From: the human T2T-CHM13v2.0 reference genome, Homo sapiens
DNA length: 64,000 nucleotides
Direction: 5' to 3' (one strand)
NCBI RefSeq assembly: GCF_009914755.1
Contig: NC_060929.1
Below, one piece after another: positions 63,201-64,000 of this stretch. The notes under the pieces are model-generated. The model had not been told where the DNA came from. It did not search any database and was given only the letters and a program-made list of their open reading frames with translations. Position 1 is the stretch's first letter, and each line of letters starts with the position of its first letter. The position numbers and the translations under genes are program-made.

Positions 63201-64000
63201 TAATAGTTTGGATGGGGCAAAATTAACCAGACTCACATCTAAAATTTCTGAGATTTCTAACAACCAATATGTCTGTCCTAAAATATAGCTAGCAGAATAA
63301 ATCTTAAAATTTTTTTTCCAAAAGCAAGCCACATAAAATAATTATTTTATGAAAAATTCAAGGTCAGAAAAGATTACCTAATACGAATAATCACTAAAGA
63401 AGTCAACACTCCAAGTTTAGTTTCAAACGACAATCTGTCGGACTAAAATGTCTATATAAGAGGATAATTGAAAAGATAGGAACTTATAGAAGCAAGGACT
63501 AAAATAACCCATTTTATATAAAAGGTCATTAAATGTTTATAGTCCAACATAAAGTCTTTTGGGAAACACCCAAAACCATATAATAATTTTAATGCCTCAA
63601 AAAATATAGGGACTGATCCAAAACAAAAAAAATATTTAAACCAGGATAGTGGTGGGATTTCTGCCCCTTAAAGTCTGTCATTTAATTCTTCTTCCCCAAA
63701 AGCAACAACTCTTGATCGCTATTAAACATGACTTAAACTGGCAACTTTTCAAGGAAATAGTTTAGTAATTTATGTAACAGATGTGCAAAGAAAACTACAC
63801 GAATGCGATAAGCCAAGAAAAACATCCTGATGTCCATAACTAAATTATGACCTGTGGGAGGAAGAAACTATGAAACTATTTCCCCTTCCTTACAACTTCA
63901 GTGGTTACCAATACCAAATTTTCAGATTTTGCCCATTTTCAGATATTAAAATGAACCTAGACCCCAGAAACTGTTCCAAAAGACAAGGCCATGCTAAAGG

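Noticed and set aside
53721-64000. CLINT1 exon 1 or promoter
   Set aside because: No CpG island or MLNMWKVRELVDK-coding sequence seen; this is intron 1 and exon 1 must lie outside the window

Overview
This is primate, very probably human, genomic DNA that is AT-rich and Alu-dense. The right two-thirds carry CLINT1 (epsinR / clathrin interactor 1) on the minus strand. I recognised the gene from its translated exons and traced coding exons 2-12 by hand with GT-AG junctions. Their lengths (105, 97, 109, 165, 178, 247, 70, 75, 293, 151, 347 nt) plus 41 nt for the missing exon 1, inferred from the recalled N-terminus MLNMWKVRELVDKA, give 1878 nt, i.e. 625 codons plus stop. Exon 1 and the promoter lie beyond position 64000. 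Positions 1 to about 21900 are repeat-rich downstream intergenic DNA. There is no prokaryotic system, CRISPR array or second protein-coding gene, and I cannot claim a new multi-gene system. The most notable observations are: a candidate 76-nt poison exon in intron 8; an old U6 snRNA/L1MC chimeric retrocopy next to exon 6; two tiny TSD-flanked poly(A) retro-insertions of short RNAs; an E-box-dense enhancer candidate; and inverted Alu pairs bracketing single exons. Repeat family names come from recalled consensus sequences, not from a search, and repeat boundaries are approximate.
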